Shown here piece after piece: positions 24,416 to 39,101 of a stretch of DNA of 64,000 nt. Every line of letters begins with the position of its first letter. Positions within the stretch are counted from its first letter, which is position 1. Origin of the DNA: the human T2T-CHM13v2.0 reference genome, Homo sapiens. Made by a program: the position numbers and the translations under genes. The stretch lies in NCBI RefSeq assembly GCF_009914755.1, contig NC_060926.1; one strand, written 5' to 3'. Under the pieces are notes generated by a model. The model searched no databases. It was not told the origin of the DNA and saw only the letters and a list, made by a program, of their open reading frames with translations.

Positions 24416-27400
24416 TGAACATTGTCTCCAAAATGTTTCTTTCTACAAATATATGTTCTCAACATGAAAAAGTATTTGGCCATATTTATCTGGCTTCTCT
24501 TGTTTACAAACGCTGCCATGTCTTAAAACAATTAGAAATGATCCCTTTTGAGTTTGAAGTTTGCTGTTGACATTAGCATATTTTCAGAATTGGGAGAAAT
24601 GGCTGTGAGCTCAGAAGCAGACGTTTTTCTTTGTACTTTTGTGCAGTAATCAGCAAATAACATGACTGAAGGAGGCAGAGCATCATGCAGTAAAATGGTG
24701 TGCATTTTAGGATGAGCTATGTATTTGATTTGTATAATTTGGAAATGGGAACTTCAGTGATAACTTTAGTCACTGAATAAAACAAAGCTCATGAGACAGG
24801 TTTGGCATACTGAGTTGGGTTTTTTACGCTAGCAATAAAAAGGCAATATCTTATTGTGTAGCCTGTATTGTGGATATCTTGAGTTCTCACATTCCATCAA
24901 CATTTCTATTTAAGGAGCAGGTGACTGCACACTGTATGAGGACTTTCTACTTCTCAATGCATTTTATGCCCTGTGAAATAGCTGACTCTTTCAGTAATAG
25001 ACAAAACAGCAGGACAACAACTGACCTCCCCCTACTGCCACTTCCACAACCCACACTGAAGGACAAGGTCTACCCCAGGTGCTCACTGGGTAGAAGAGAT
25101 GCAATACCTGGGTGCCTACTAGAGAAAATCAAAGAGGGAGGCCACTCTGCTGTGGGAGTGACCTTTGACATAAAAACCTACCCAGGAGCAGAGCTCAAAC
25201 CATTGGTATTCTCTGAATTTAATAAACCCTTCTTCCAAAGGGAGGAACAAGAGAGGTGGTTACAGAGCCTCACATAGCATAACTTCAGATGGAAACTTTC
25301 ACATCGGTTCTACAGATGGGATCCCTTGGAAAACAGGATTATTTGCCAATACTGTCTCAAGAGCACAGAGATGTTTGTGGAAGTTCCTATTGTGTAAGCC
25401 ATCCCAACCTGGGCAAAGATAATATTTTTCCCACTCTTAGGTTCTTCCCTATCATGTCTGGGGTCACTAAGCAAGTGGATACTGCCCCTCGCCTGACTTG
25501 CTGTTTCCCTCCTGGGTAAAGTCATCATCTGCTGAAATAGCATTTGTTACCATTCCTGCACCTGCCATGGCCTGGCTATCTGTGGCCAAAGCTTTAGGTA
25601 GCATCAATATTTCCTTACTGTCTTCTCTTATGCCTCTAATTTAAAACAAGCTAAAGCAAGAAACAAAACCCAGGAAACAAGAAACATAACGAACATCAAA
25701 ATTGTGCTTTAAACTCTTTTTCCATCACCCAACCCTAGGAAAGATTTAAGCTTTTAATTAGGTTTTTCGCAACCAAACTTCACCTTTGAGACAGAAATAT
25801 ACTGGCTATTCACAAGACAATATTTTCAAAGTGTATTTCATGATAGAATAATTGTTCAGGATATTAATAGTTGTTCAATAAAGATAGGATCAAATATCAT
25901 TAGAGGTTATACAAAGAGAGGGTCAATATATTGAAAACATGGGGATGAAGCAGATTTCTTGTAGCGTGGGACTTTATAGAACCTTAGACATGCCCAGATG
26001 TGTTGTGATTCTCTAAAAAGGACTGTAGTTGGAAGTAGTTCCAAAATCAACTTGACCACCAAGTACAGTAATTCTAAGAGCATCCTGTGGTTTCCATAAC
26101 ACTCTTTGATCAGTGCTGTTGTAGAGAATAATAATTGAGCAAACTCTCCGTCAGTTAGCACAGCATCAAATTTAATAGCATCCTTGATCCTTCTATCTCC
26201 TTTGCTTATATAAATTAATATTAAAGACCTGTTGTAGTTAGGAAGCACATATTTAAACAGATAAGGAAGCAAAGACAATGAGCCAGAAACGGTTTGAAAA
26301 GTGATTCAAATTGTTCTTTTTAAAAGAATTATCTGCCTTTGCAAGACTCAGAAACTCAAGGGAAGATTAGTTGATGAGACTGTCCCATTTCATGATCTTT
26401 GTTTTCCCTTTGTCCATATTTACAGAATTGAAGAGATATCAGCAAACACTAACTCAGAATCCCATGTACTGAACTGTTTAAAAAGAGAGTAAGTCTATTA
26501 TGGCAAAGATACCACAGAGGCAGAGATGTGAACTGGAAAGGACTTTTACCTCCTCCACGCATGATATGACAGGGGTGTCTGCTGCTTCATGATAGCCCTG
26601 TTTGTCTTAACAAAATATGATGAGTAGCAATGGAGAATCCTGCTAGGAGCAGTAACTGAAACTTCAAAACAGAAAGAAAGAAACAATTATGGTTAAGGGG
26701 ACTGAATGTAAGGAAAACATTTGTCTTCATACTCTGCTCAAAATGTGTGGATGAGCATATGAAAAAATCCAACCAATAGAGCTATCTAAATCATGAAAGC
26801 CTTCCATCTGTTAAATTTTATTTCTTATTATGCTTACCAATGCATGCTTGTTAAATAGCCTCTAGGCCCATGTTAATATCAAGATTAAAAACATAAGTTA
26901 TTTTAATAATATTATCCAAGTGAGACAGGTGGCAAATCTACCACTCAGGAAGAAATCAAGCCTGGAAACAACATAATAATCCACAGCACAACTGAGAGAA
27001 AAATATTCAAAAGCTTCCAACAATTCATGAACTTATTATTAAATAAGATAGACAAAATAACTATTCAGGCGGTTTGTAGTAAATTTCTTAATCGAAGACC
27101 ATCTTGCAGTATTTTTTATGCTGTGAATCCACTGAAATTTGGCAAAAAAAAAAAAAAGGAAATTAACTTCTTCCTTTTTGTTCCATTAGTTAAGTATAAC
27201 TGAGATCTAGATAACCTCAGAAAGCGAGGACAGTATTTTCATCTGCATAGCATTCCTTTAAGTCTGTTATTACTCTCGATCCTTCAGTTGATTATTGTTT
27301 ATTTCTGCCAAGTCAACAGATTCCACTGTAACAGTGCTTCAGTATGTTTTCAAAATTTGAATGTATGTCTATTTCTCTTTTCTACTGTAGGAGATTCTAA

Positions 27401-27660
27401 ACATTATTTGTGTAACAAATCAAAGTTTTCCAATGCCCACAGAATACTAGAGATGTCTTACGTTAGAATCATGAGATCAAAAGTTTAGAACATGAGGATT
27501 CTTGGAGATAATCGCATTCCCACATTTTACCATCAGAAAAGCAATGAGGTGCATTGGTATGCAGAGTACTGGGATTTATCTGGCCACACCTCCAAAGGCT
27601 AATCCAGTCCCCCATCTTTCCACGTCTGCGTCTGCTCCCACAGCTGATTCCACTCTTCTT

Positions 27661-27956
<296 letters not shown>

Positions 27957-28175
27957 GACTCCCCTCTTCTTACAGCATCAGTTCCTTCCCAGTCCTCACA
28001 CCACCTGGGCTTCAGGCAAGAAGAGTTTTAATAACCTCCTGTCTCTGGTTAGGTAAGGTTTGAATCAAATCATTCTTGGATTGTTGATTGGGCTGCTGGG
28101 CTAAGTACTCAATGGTTTTTGTTTTCGTTTTTAGTTTGGTTTGTTTTTATGATGATTTTATTTAGAATATGGTCG

Positions 28176-28580
28176 TGCATACACATACATACATGCAAGC
28201 ACACCCACATATGCACAGCACACACACCCACATGCACTCCACATGCACAGCAGCACACAAACGCACACCACATACACATCACGCACACACACCATGTGCA
28301 TGGCACACCCACTCACATGTACACCCCATACCCACCCACATGTGCAGCACACACACCACATGCACAGCATACACACCACCACATACTCACATGTACACCA
28401 CATACATACCCACGTGCACATCACACCCACATCATGTGCATAGCACACATGTACACATGCACCGCACACACACCCCACATGTGCAGCACACACACCCACA
28501 TGCATACCACACACACCCACATGCACACCACACACACCCACATGCACACCACACACACCCACATGCATAGCACACACACC
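28176..28580. repeat. CA-rich minisatellite, ~21-bp unit CACACCCACATGCACACCACA
   Basis: Near-perfect 21-bp copies at ~28490-28580 and degenerate copies upstream. Confidence 0.9.
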
Positions 28581-29989
28581 GCAAGCTTTCTCATCTACAG
28601 GGATAGGCCCTAAACACGGGCAATTTTCTCTTGTCAGTCAGATACTTTGCTGATTGACCTCACTTTTGATTATATTTACTCTGATACCTTATCCCTGGGT
28701 TCTGCCTGTCAGGATATCTTAGTATTGGATTCTGGAGAATCTCAAGGGTGATTGAATTCCATAATCCAAAACCCAAGCTATTGCTGCCTGACTGAGCCGC
28801 TGCTTTCAGCCAGGCATACCGCTCTGTCTCTGGCCCCAGGGAGCGTATGGTCCCTGGCTGGGTCTCAGTATAATCCAAACCCCCTCCACCTGCTTAGTCA
28901 AGTTATGAATACCTTGCCATGATGAAAAATTTTGAAATATTTAAACACCAATCTTTCTCGAAGTTGGCTATTCTTTCTTCCAAATTCTGTTAAATCTAAT
29001 AATCCACAAAGACACACCTAAATTGACAAAGATGAATGCCTTTCAAAGAAATGTAAAAATTATTTTGTAGTCTAAAATATATTTTCTCTATGCAGATAAA
29101 GCTCAAATAACCGAGGATTTATGTCACATCTTCTTTAAAAAGTGTGTTCTCATAAGATAGAGGCATATGCTGCACAGTGAAATGCCAGAATTGAGATTAA
29201 TTAGCCCAGAAATCAATGCACAGAAGTGCACCTAAGATTCATACGTCCTCATGCCTTGAGCTAATGTAAAGTAGCATTACTCAAGGGAAAAATAATTTCC
29301 AAAAGAACTGAATATATGAAACTGTTATCCCATGACAGAAAGTTAATAGGCAAGCGGAAGGTGTTATTTGGTGGCTGTGACAAAGCAGTATGAGAGATTC
29401 TAAATTTTTAAGTGTTCTTTTTTTGTAAATTAACTTTACCCGTCAGAAATTTTTCCTGTAGAGGAGAGCTGAAGATCGGATGTCTCTCAAAATCAGAGAA
29501 AAAAATGAACCCAAAGGCAGCAGGGCTAGTTATGTCTGGCAATCACGAGGAACCTGAACAAGTTCAGTTTATTATTCACTAGGAAGTTAGGGAGTCACAG
29601 AATGAACAGATGTATAAATTTCTAGTACAAGATATTCAGCTTCTATTACATGAAAGCAGGCTGAAGATTTTAGGGTGTTTTTCTCAGAGGCCCCATAGTG
29701 CCAAAATGTAAACCAAGAGAAAACTCTAAATAAATTGCTTTGGGATTATTTTAGCTTTCATATTATAATTTAAGCCAACATTTGCGTGTCAAAATCTAGA
29801 CACTCCCAACATTAATTGCAACTCAACCAAGCCACCCATCCAACATATATAACCTGGATCGAAGAGGGCATCACGAAAAAGTGCATGTAGTTATGTTCAC
29901 AAACACTGTGAATCCTAAATCAGCTCTCCCCAGCCTATTCAGGACACTCATCACGGCTGCTCATTTATGATGCTTGCCATAAGGAGGAA

Positions 29990-30100
29990 GTGAGGTGCAG
30001 TAGAAAGAGCATGAGCTAAGTAGAGAGACCTGTGTATCCTTGAGCAAGTCACTTGACCTCTCTAAACATCAATTGCTTCGTTTGTAAATTAGAAACAAGA
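29990..30100 (+). mobile_element. MIR fragment
   Basis: GCAGTAGAAAGAGCATGAGCT...TCCTTGAGCAAGTCACTTGACCTCTCTAAACATCA. Confidence 0.7.
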
Positions 30101-30292
30101 TCTACTTTGAAGACTTGAGTGCATTTAGAAACACAGTGAGTGACAAAAAGTGAGCACTCAAAAATGCTTGTTTCCTCTGTCTTCTTCAAAATGCGTATGC
30201 AAAGGAATACTCTGACAGTGTCACTGAAAATTTCAAAATAGACCTTGCATCCTTTCAATAGCCTTCGTATGCTCTTATTGACCAGGGTCTGT

Positions 30293-30795
30293 TGTGTGTC
30301 ATGGAGGAAAAACTTTTTCTCTACTCTGTTAGGTCAGCGTCTAGGGGCCTGTGAATTAAACTAGCAAAAGACAGATTCACAGGAGAAAAATCACACATTT
30401 AAAATTAATATTTATGTGCATGAGCATTCACAAAAAAGAAATAATACTCAAAAAGGCAGTTAAACTTGGGGGCCTGTATACTATTTTAATAAAAGAGGTT
30501 TGGACTTAAAGGGAAAATAAATTGTGGGGAAGTGACTAGGAAACACATAGGAAGACTAATGGAGGATAAGATTTATTTTAGCAAGGGGTGTTTATGCAAA
30601 CTCACCTTCACAGCACCTCTCCATCTCTAATGATAAGAATTGTTCTCTTCCTGATGGGAGGGGAAGGGAGTGGGCATTTTTCAGATAGGGAAATTTATGC
30701 CCCACTTTCAGACACATAAAAGAAGGCTTTCATACCTCTTCTAGCATGTGCTGATTCTCAAATGCCTGCAGGTCAAAATAATCCTTATGCCAAAG
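30293..30795 (-). mobile_element. ERV1 LTR (MER67/MER31-like), slightly 5'-truncated
   Basis: Minus strand reads CTTTGGCATAAGGATTATTTTGACCTGCAGGCATTTGAGAATCAGCA...; plus strand has AAAAGACAGATTCACAGGAGAAAA and GGGAAATTTATGCCC. Confidence 0.7.
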
Positions 30796-32802
30796 TTCAA
30801 GAGTTAAATTGTATAGGTAACTTACTCAGAATAATAGAGAAAGATCCAGAAGAAACATTATTTGCAGCTGTATCCTAAAGACGTGGTGAGGTTTCTGATT
30901 TCTGGAAGGCATCTTGCAACTATGTTTAAGTACAATTCAAAGAATGCTTTTACAAGATCAGTTGTTCAGAATAATTGCTTAACCAAACAGAGGTTAAATA
31001 AACTTTCAGGTCAGCTTTTCTTAAAACAAAACTGATGTATATGTCTCTGGGATCTTGCCATGCATTTATTCATCATATTCACCATTATGCTATTCTGGGG
31101 TGGTCCTGCCAGGCTAGACCTCCCAGTAGTAATGAATATTAATGTTATTGTGGAATGAGGTGTAATCCTGCATGTATATGGAAAAATGCTTCCTATTTTT
31201 AAATTTGATTAACCCTTCAGTTAATCAAACAGATAGTTTCCATTTATTTCACTGAGAGGTAGTTTGCTGTAAAATCTTAAGGTTTTGAAAAATTATAAAC
31301 AGGAGAAATTGCAACTCAGAAATTCTAGGATCCTGTATTCACCTGGGTCACAGGAAGAATCTAACCCACTAAACAACACTAAATAGAGTGAGACTTCCAG
31401 GAGACTGTTCCTTCGCAACATCCCCATTCCAGAACAATCTTGCAATCAATTGACACATACAGTATTTTTTTTACTATCAAGTGGGTTCCATGCCTTCTGC
31501 TATTTCCAGTTCATCAATGCAAGGTCATTAGTCTTTCCAAGCTATGACACTGGAGAATACGTGTTTCCAAATGGATCTTGGCATAAAGAATCTTTAAGGA
31601 TTTGTCTCTGTAATCACTGCGATTCATTCTATTATTTCCTTTTTTTTTTAATACTATTTCCACTGATGGCCAGAAAAGAAAATTTCTAGGTTTAAAAACG
31701 AATTAATTCCTCATGTTTTGTTGTTTTAGAAGTCAGATGTTGCCTGAAGCCAGGCAGAGACGATAAGGTGTAAATTCAAAGTCTGATATACCTCCAAGTC
31801 TTTTGAGTGGACTCCAAATCAACATTATAGAGAATCAAAATGCTGCTACATCCCATAACTCTTGCTATTCCTGTTTCTGGCTTCTTCAGATTGAAGACCA
31901 CCAGCCGCAATGAATTATGCTGAACTCCATGGTGGTTTTGTGACAGTAACATATGAAGACCAGAATGAGACCACAAAGTCCACTTGAAACTTGAAGTTAG
32001 ATTTCAGGGCTTGATTTTTAGCAACATGTATGCCTAGCTGGATGCAGCAGTCTCCAGATGTATTTGACAGATATTGTATCCCTGCTTTTGCAATCCTTCA
32101 GCTTGTGGTGGTTATTTTTTTTCCCTAGAGCATCTCAAAATTGTAATTAGATTCCTTGTTGTTGATGGCATAAATGGGTTTCAAAAAGTGCTTGTAGCCT
32201 TGTTTAATTTCCTAATGAATAAAACCAACAGCACACGCTTAAGACAAAAGATCTTAATCATTTATTAAACATTTACCTGATATCCAAGTTTCTATTAAAA
32301 TTGTTTTACTATTATTCATAGCTTTTGACAAACCAATAAATAAGAGACCCTTACCCCTGTTTCAGAAGTTCTTTGACTTGCAAACTCAAGTTATAGATTA
32401 TAATCAGTAAAAGATGATTCATTCTCTTCATTTTCACACACACTCAAAACAGTATCTCTCACTCCTTGTCAGTCTCAAATGCAGGCTTAGTATGCCTACA
32501 GGTCATTCCTTGTCTTCTTGCAAACTTATTTTCTTTGACTCAGTGTTCCCAATGAGCGAGGAATGACCTTAATCTGTGATGGAAAACATGACACAGCAGG
32601 TATCACTCAGATGACTGAATATCTCTGAATATATAATATGCACGCAATGTCTACTACACAGGGATATAAAAAAGATTGCTAGACAGAAAGAAAGCTTCAA
32701 GCAGCAAAGCTTCAAACTTTTGATAGCAATTTTATAACGTCTTCACATCCCCTTAAAATTTAGACCAAACAATTAAAAGACTTTTTTTGGATTATTTACA
32801 GT

Positions 32803-33191
32803 CCATTATGAGCTGAAACCCCCCCTCTCCCCCAATGCATATGCAGAAACCCTAAACACCAATGTGACTGTATTTTGAAACAGACCCTATATGGAGGTAA
32901 TTAAGGCCAAATAAGGCCCTAAGGGTGGGCCCCTAATTCCACAGGACTGGTGTCCTTATAAGAAGAGGAAGAGACACCAAGGATGTGCAGGCACAGAAGA
33001 AAGGCCACGTGAGGACACAGAGAGAAGGCAGCTGTCTACAGGCTGTGGAGTGGGACCTCAGGAAAAATCAAACCTGCTGGAACCTTGATCTTGGACTTCC
33101 AGCCTCCAGAACTGTGAGAAAATAAACTTCTGTTGTTTAAGATACTCTGTCTGTGTTTTTTTTTTTTATGGCAGCCTTACATAGTCCATGT
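32803..33191 (+). mobile_element. MLT1A/MLT1A0 MaLR solo LTR
   Basis: GGACTGGTGTCCTTATAAGAAGAGGAAGAGACACC...CCTTGATCTTGGACTTCCAGCCTCCAGAACTGTGAGAAAATAAA. Confidence 0.9.
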
Positions 33192-34400
33192 AGGGGTTTC
33201 ACAGATTTTTTAAAAAGTATTGAGTTTGGTTTATATATTTAAAAAGCTAACATAAGAACAATAAAACCTCTAGCTTGTGAATAATATTTTTTACTGTTAA
33301 TGAACACAATAATTCCAGATTGATGATAATACTATAATGAGAAAACAGACTTTCAAATTCCTTTATGACATTGTTTTTAATACGAAGAGGCAGTGCTTTG
33401 AACATGTAAAATTCATAAACAAATCTCATTTATCTGCATGTACAGGATACAGCAATGGCAACCCTACATGAAGGTACCATTATCTCTCGTAATATCATCC
33501 AGTCCCCAGCTGTCATCTCCAGATGGCATTTCATGGAGCTGACACCATTCTGTATGGCTTTAAGATTAAGCTAGAAAAAGTTATAATTAAACATAACAAA
33601 AATTACTAATAGTCATCCTTTGAAAACAATGCCTGAAAAATGTGAAAAGCAATAAATCCCATTAAAGAGATGAGCATACAATCATAGAGAATTGAAGCCC
33701 AAAAGCAGTTCATGGATAGTCTAGGGAGCTTCATCTACATTGTGCAGCTCCATTCAAATGTAAATATTACACTGAAAGGACTTTCAATTTATCTTCCCAC
33801 TTCCGTTACTTCAGAACAGAGAAATGAAGTCTCTGGTAGCCTAGAGGTTAGGTTAGGGGGGGAGGGGCAGATGACAAAGTTGGTTCATCACAAGGTAAGA
33901 GCTCATAGCAGAGAACTTTACTTATAAGGGAGACTCCTGAAAGGCAATCTGTTCAGGGAGTAAATTAGGAAAAAATACCCTGCTCTGAGAACCAGACTAT
34001 AAGAAGACATTCCTATTTTGATCCTGACTCTGTATGGAGGAGAGAAAAAGAGAAAAAGAAAAAAGCCTTCTTTGACAACGTCAACCTCATATAAATACAA
34101 AAGCAAGATAAATACTACATATGTGGCTCTGTGTAACTCCAGTCAAAACTTAAGTTAAATAAATTTCAGGTTTGCAGTGCCTCTAGGTGGCTTTCAGAAG
34201 CAAATCATCTCTGTGATCTCTGACCATCTCTGATGACCCCTTTATCTGGTCCAAAGTAATTCCCATAAATGATGTATCAAAGGAAATAAGCTTATAAGAA
34301 AACCATAAAGCATTTGCAGAATAAAACATGATGGGCAAAAGTGAGAAAAATAACTCATTGGAGAATTACAGTCATTAATTTTGCAGACAGTAGAATTAAC

Positions 34401-34698
34401 TTTTTCTTTTTTTTTGAGACAGAGTTTTGCTCTTGTTGCCCAGGCTGGAGAGCAATGGCTCGGTCTTGACTCACTGCAACCTCCGCCTTCTGGGTTCAAG
34501 CAATATCCTGCCTCTGCCTCCTGAGTAGCTGGGATTACAGGCACCCACCACCACACTGGGCCAATCTTTGTATTTTTAGTAGAGACGAGGTTTCACCATG
34601 TTGGTCAGGCTGGTCTCGAACTCCTGACCTAAGGCAATCTACCCACCTCCGCCCCCCAAGTGCTGGGATTACAACAGGTGTGAGCCACCCAGCCCACC
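34401..34698 (-). mobile_element. AluSp/Sq-like
   Basis: GCTCTTGTTGCCCAGG, GCAATGG, TTGGTCAGG. TSD AGAATTAAC at 34392-34400 and 34699-34707. Confidence 0.95.
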
Positions 34699-36889
34699 AG
34701 AATTAACGTTTTTAAAATATAAATATTTAATATGTTTATTAACATAGGAAGATTATGAAAAGTATAATAGAAGCCAGAAATATTTGAAGAACAAAATAGA
34801 GCTTCTAGAAGATAAAAATTTTAATAAATGAAATTAAAAACACAATGGAAGAAAACTATAACAGATTTCAAATTGCACAAAAAAACTACTAAGCTTTAGA
34901 ATATAAAGGAATATTACAGAATGCAGTGTAGAGAGACTAACTGGAAACATGGAGACAGGAAGTAACGGTCAAGAGAGATAGGGGCTTGGTGGAAGGAGCT
35001 AAGATATATCTAATAGGATTCCATAAAGTAAACATGGTGAGAATAGGAAAAAAAAATAATTAATGGGTGAGAATTTGCAGAATTGATAAGAGATTCCAAT
35101 TCTCAGATTTAGAAAGTCCCCCGCTCAAACAAAACAACAAAAAGCTATCCCTAAACACATCACGCCAAAAGAACAATTAGTATGGCAACTGACTTTTCAA
35201 AGCAGTAATGAATGCCATCAGTCAATGAAATAATATATATGAAGCAATGAGAAAAATTAACTGTCCATCTTGTATTGTATGTATGGAAAATCTATGTTTT
35301 ATGAATTAATAGGAATCAAAAACATTCACAAATCAACAAAAACCTGAGGGATTTTATTTACAAAAGATGCTCATTAAATAAAATTCTAAAGTATATAGGT
35401 CAGGAAGAATGAAAATGATACTAGATGGGAGGTCTGAGATACACAGAAAAAAAAGCAAAGAAATGCTAAACTGATAAACATGGGTAAATCTGACATGCAT
35501 TGACTATAAAACAATAACTGTGTTCAAATAATGGGGTTAAAAACAAAGCTGAAATAGAGTACTAGACATCAATAGTATACAGTTCGGGCAGACAGCAAGA
35601 ATGAGTGATTCTGAAGTCTACTTGTTTCTCAAAAGAGGCGCAGGGATATTGCTACAATTATTAAAATTTATAAAGCAACTCACAAAAGAACAGAAGCAGA
35701 GAGTGCAACTTCCAAAGCAGCAAAGAGAAAAGAAATGTGAACAAAATGAAGCAGTCCTAAAAGTATGCTAGACATGAGAAATCATAGAGAAGATAGAAAA
35801 CTACAGAAAAACAAGCTACAAAATAATGTGATGGAAATTTCATCTAAAAATCTTAGAAATTACATTAAATATTCTTTGACAAAATGTCTTTGTTAAAAAA
35901 TACAGATTGTCAGGTGTACATTTTAAGTTTTCATGTTAATAAAAGGATAAAAATAGTCAAATCAAGTCTAAAATTAAGCAAAGGAAGATGATGTAGCTAT
36001 GTTAATAGCAGATAAAACAGACTTTAATAAAATAAATTTAAGAAAAGATTTTCTGATAAAATTCCCCACAAATAGAAATATATGTAATGTTGAGAAAGCT
36101 ACAAGGCAACTTTGTTATTCCACCATTTGACCGGAAGACATTCACACTTTCATGTCAATATCTAGAGGTTTTGTCAGACAAAAACTTGGTGGGGCACAGG
36201 AGATTGGGAGGACACTATTAACAAATATGGTTTAGCGTCTGGTAGAAATGCATAAGTTTCTTCATCCAATAATGGGAAATTGTATATCAACTTCAATTTA
36301 AAAATGGAATATAAATATGGATTCTACTACATTATGAAGCAAATCTAAGCACATGTTAAAGTTTTATTGTTATGCAGCCAGTGGCCTCTAAAATGAAAAT
36401 AAATTAGAAATCTATTATAAAATATTTAAAATAAAGTAGTCTTTAACATTGGAAACTGTACTCCTTAATAATGTCAAGGGTAAGAAAATAAATCATAATG
36501 GAAATATAAAATACTCAGAAATACATATCAAGGTTTTAATAACCAGGCATAAACAGAACATATCCCCCAAAAAAAAGCAAATTAGAAAACTGTTGTGAAT
36601 GTGACGAGTTAGACAAGAACTAATTGAAAGAACTTCCAAATTCTTAGATTGGAAGACTCAGTATCAAAAAGTGGTCAGTTTTCCCTAAAGATGTTTATAA
36701 ATTTATTACCATCCCCCCAAAATGGCATTTTTTTTTCTGGTGCTAAAAACTTAACTGCAAACTTTCTCTGGACATGGGTGAACTCCTCTAGAATCCATGA
36801 GTGGGAAGAACTTGCTTAGTGATGACCTAAAATGCATGGAAAAGAGATTGTTAAATTTAATTTTACAGAAATAATTTTTAAAGTAAAGC

Positions 36890-37075
36890 CTTATTTTGTG
36901 TCAGGTAGGCTCTTTGGCACTTCAGAATCATTTTTTCCTCTAATTATCGCAGAAACCATAGAAGATAGGTTTAACATCCAAATTTTACAGAAGAGAAAGC
37001 TGAATCAACATCAGTTTACATAATGTCCCCAAAGTTCCATCCTAATAAACTGATAAAAGTTCATTCAACCCTCAT
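36890..37075 (-). mobile_element. MIR
   Basis: ATTTTACAGAAGAGAAAGCTGAATC...TGTCCCCAAAGT. Confidence 0.55.
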
Positions 37076-37854
37076 GTAATTTTACCACAGTACCCATGTA
37101 CTTAGCCAGTATACTCGTATGACTACCAATAATTTAAGAAATAGGCTAAACAGTAAAGAAGAGGACTGGAGAATTATATTACTCCAGAAGTAAAATTGCC
37201 TCGGAGCCTTCAGTAAAATATAGCACAGCAAAAATAATTTTTTCCTGCTTTATTTGTTTAAATAAACTGAAAATTATGGAAAGAAAAACCAAACAAAAAG
37301 ATTACATAAAAAACAGAGTTTTAACCCCAATGTAATTAAAAGGTAGTACCCAAACTTAAGCACCACCAGTAAGCAAGGCTTGATTGCAATGAGGATGGGT
37401 ACAGCGTTGAGGGAAGGAGGGTCTCCACACTGGCTCAGGCTCATTCAGACCTCTGATGGGGCAAACATTCTGCAAAGGTAGTTGTCATGCTCATAAGCAG
37501 CAATGCCTTGCAATGTTCTGGGGGCTCGAAGCTTTTGTGACTTTTCTCATCATTGCTGAGTAGTGGGATGATCAGATAGAGGTAGTAAATTAAAAAATAG
37601 AGAGCAAAAATGATTTAACAAGAAGCTGCGTACTGACTGGGGGTCCGGGGAAGAGAAAGAGTGGCAACCAACTTTGCAGCTGCTAATCTTAGTTGTCTGC
37701 CAAGATCTAAGGCTAAATCATCCAAAGAAAGAAATATCCCAAGAACCCTCCTGGGTAAGGAAGGTCAGAAAAAAATACAGCAAATGGTAAAGTCCAGCAA
37801 TGACGTGCAGGCTGAAGAATTCAAGGAGAAGTGTACAAATGCCTGCAAGGCCCT

Positions 37855-38033
37855 TTGAAATGCATCTAAAAATAATATAGATTGATGATTGGAGAGAAGG
37901 ATGAATACATTGATAGATACATAATAAAGCTAATAAAATGGTAACTGCAGACTCTAGCCAGTGGGTACACAGGTGTTCATTGTACAATTTTTTCAACTTT
38001 GATGTATGTTTCTACATTTATATAATAAAATGT
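37855..38033 (+). mobile_element. L1ME/MC 3' terminus
   Basis: TCTAGCCAGTGGGTACACAGGTGTTCATTGTACAATTTTTTCAACTTTTGATGTATGTTT...ATAATAAAATGT. Confidence 0.75.
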
Positions 38034-38447
38034 ACAATAAGGAACTGTGTCAAATAAGTCATTTCTTAAAAAAAAAAACAAAGGCAAAGCTGAAAATTAT
38101 GTAGACACAATAAAAACTCAAACAACAGTCTGCCTCAGATCATCGTGCTGATCTTCCAAATTTCAGCAGGGATGGTTGGTTTTCCTGCAAACCTCGAAAC
38201 AATCCAATTTAGTGACAAGTAATAATTAGAGCGTAGCCATTGTGCAACCTTTGCAAAGTTGTTGAAAATATAAAGAAAAGAGAGTAAACACAAGAAATAA
38301 GAAAAGAAGTGAAGAAAATCCACCAGTAAACAGTACTCTGAAGGAAATAAAATGTATAAAAACAATAAAAGCAAGCAACAAGACCATCATTTTCCATGAA
38401 AGCAAATATATTTAAATTAGTTTCTTTCAAACAGAAACTAAATATAA

Positions 38448-39101
<654 letters not shown>

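Larger units (their letters stand above)
34290..37330 (+). mobile_element. Highly degenerate L1M (ORF1 to ORF2 remnants), interrupted by Alu and MIR
   Basis: A-rich L1 text: AAATAGAGCTTCTAGAAG, GAGAATTTGCAGAATTGATAA, TAGCAGATAAAACAGACTT, GATTGGAAGACTCAGTAT. Confidence 0.65.

Noticed and set aside
24870-25277. 135-aa ORF in unique sequence (also 25907-26278, 41139-41612, 41990-42397)
   Set aside because: No recognisable domain or coherent exon structure; some use non-ATG starts or lie antisense in L1/LTR debris. The lengths are compatible with chance.
28119-28613. His-rich metal-binding protein gene
   Set aside because: The stop-free CA-rich repeat gives open frames on both strands, with no promoter, splice or homology support.
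38130-38210. Possible C/D snoRNA or U6-like fragment on the minus strand (GAAGATCAGCACGATGATCTGA)
   Set aside because: There is no properly placed box C or terminal stem, and the similarity is too short to exceed chance.
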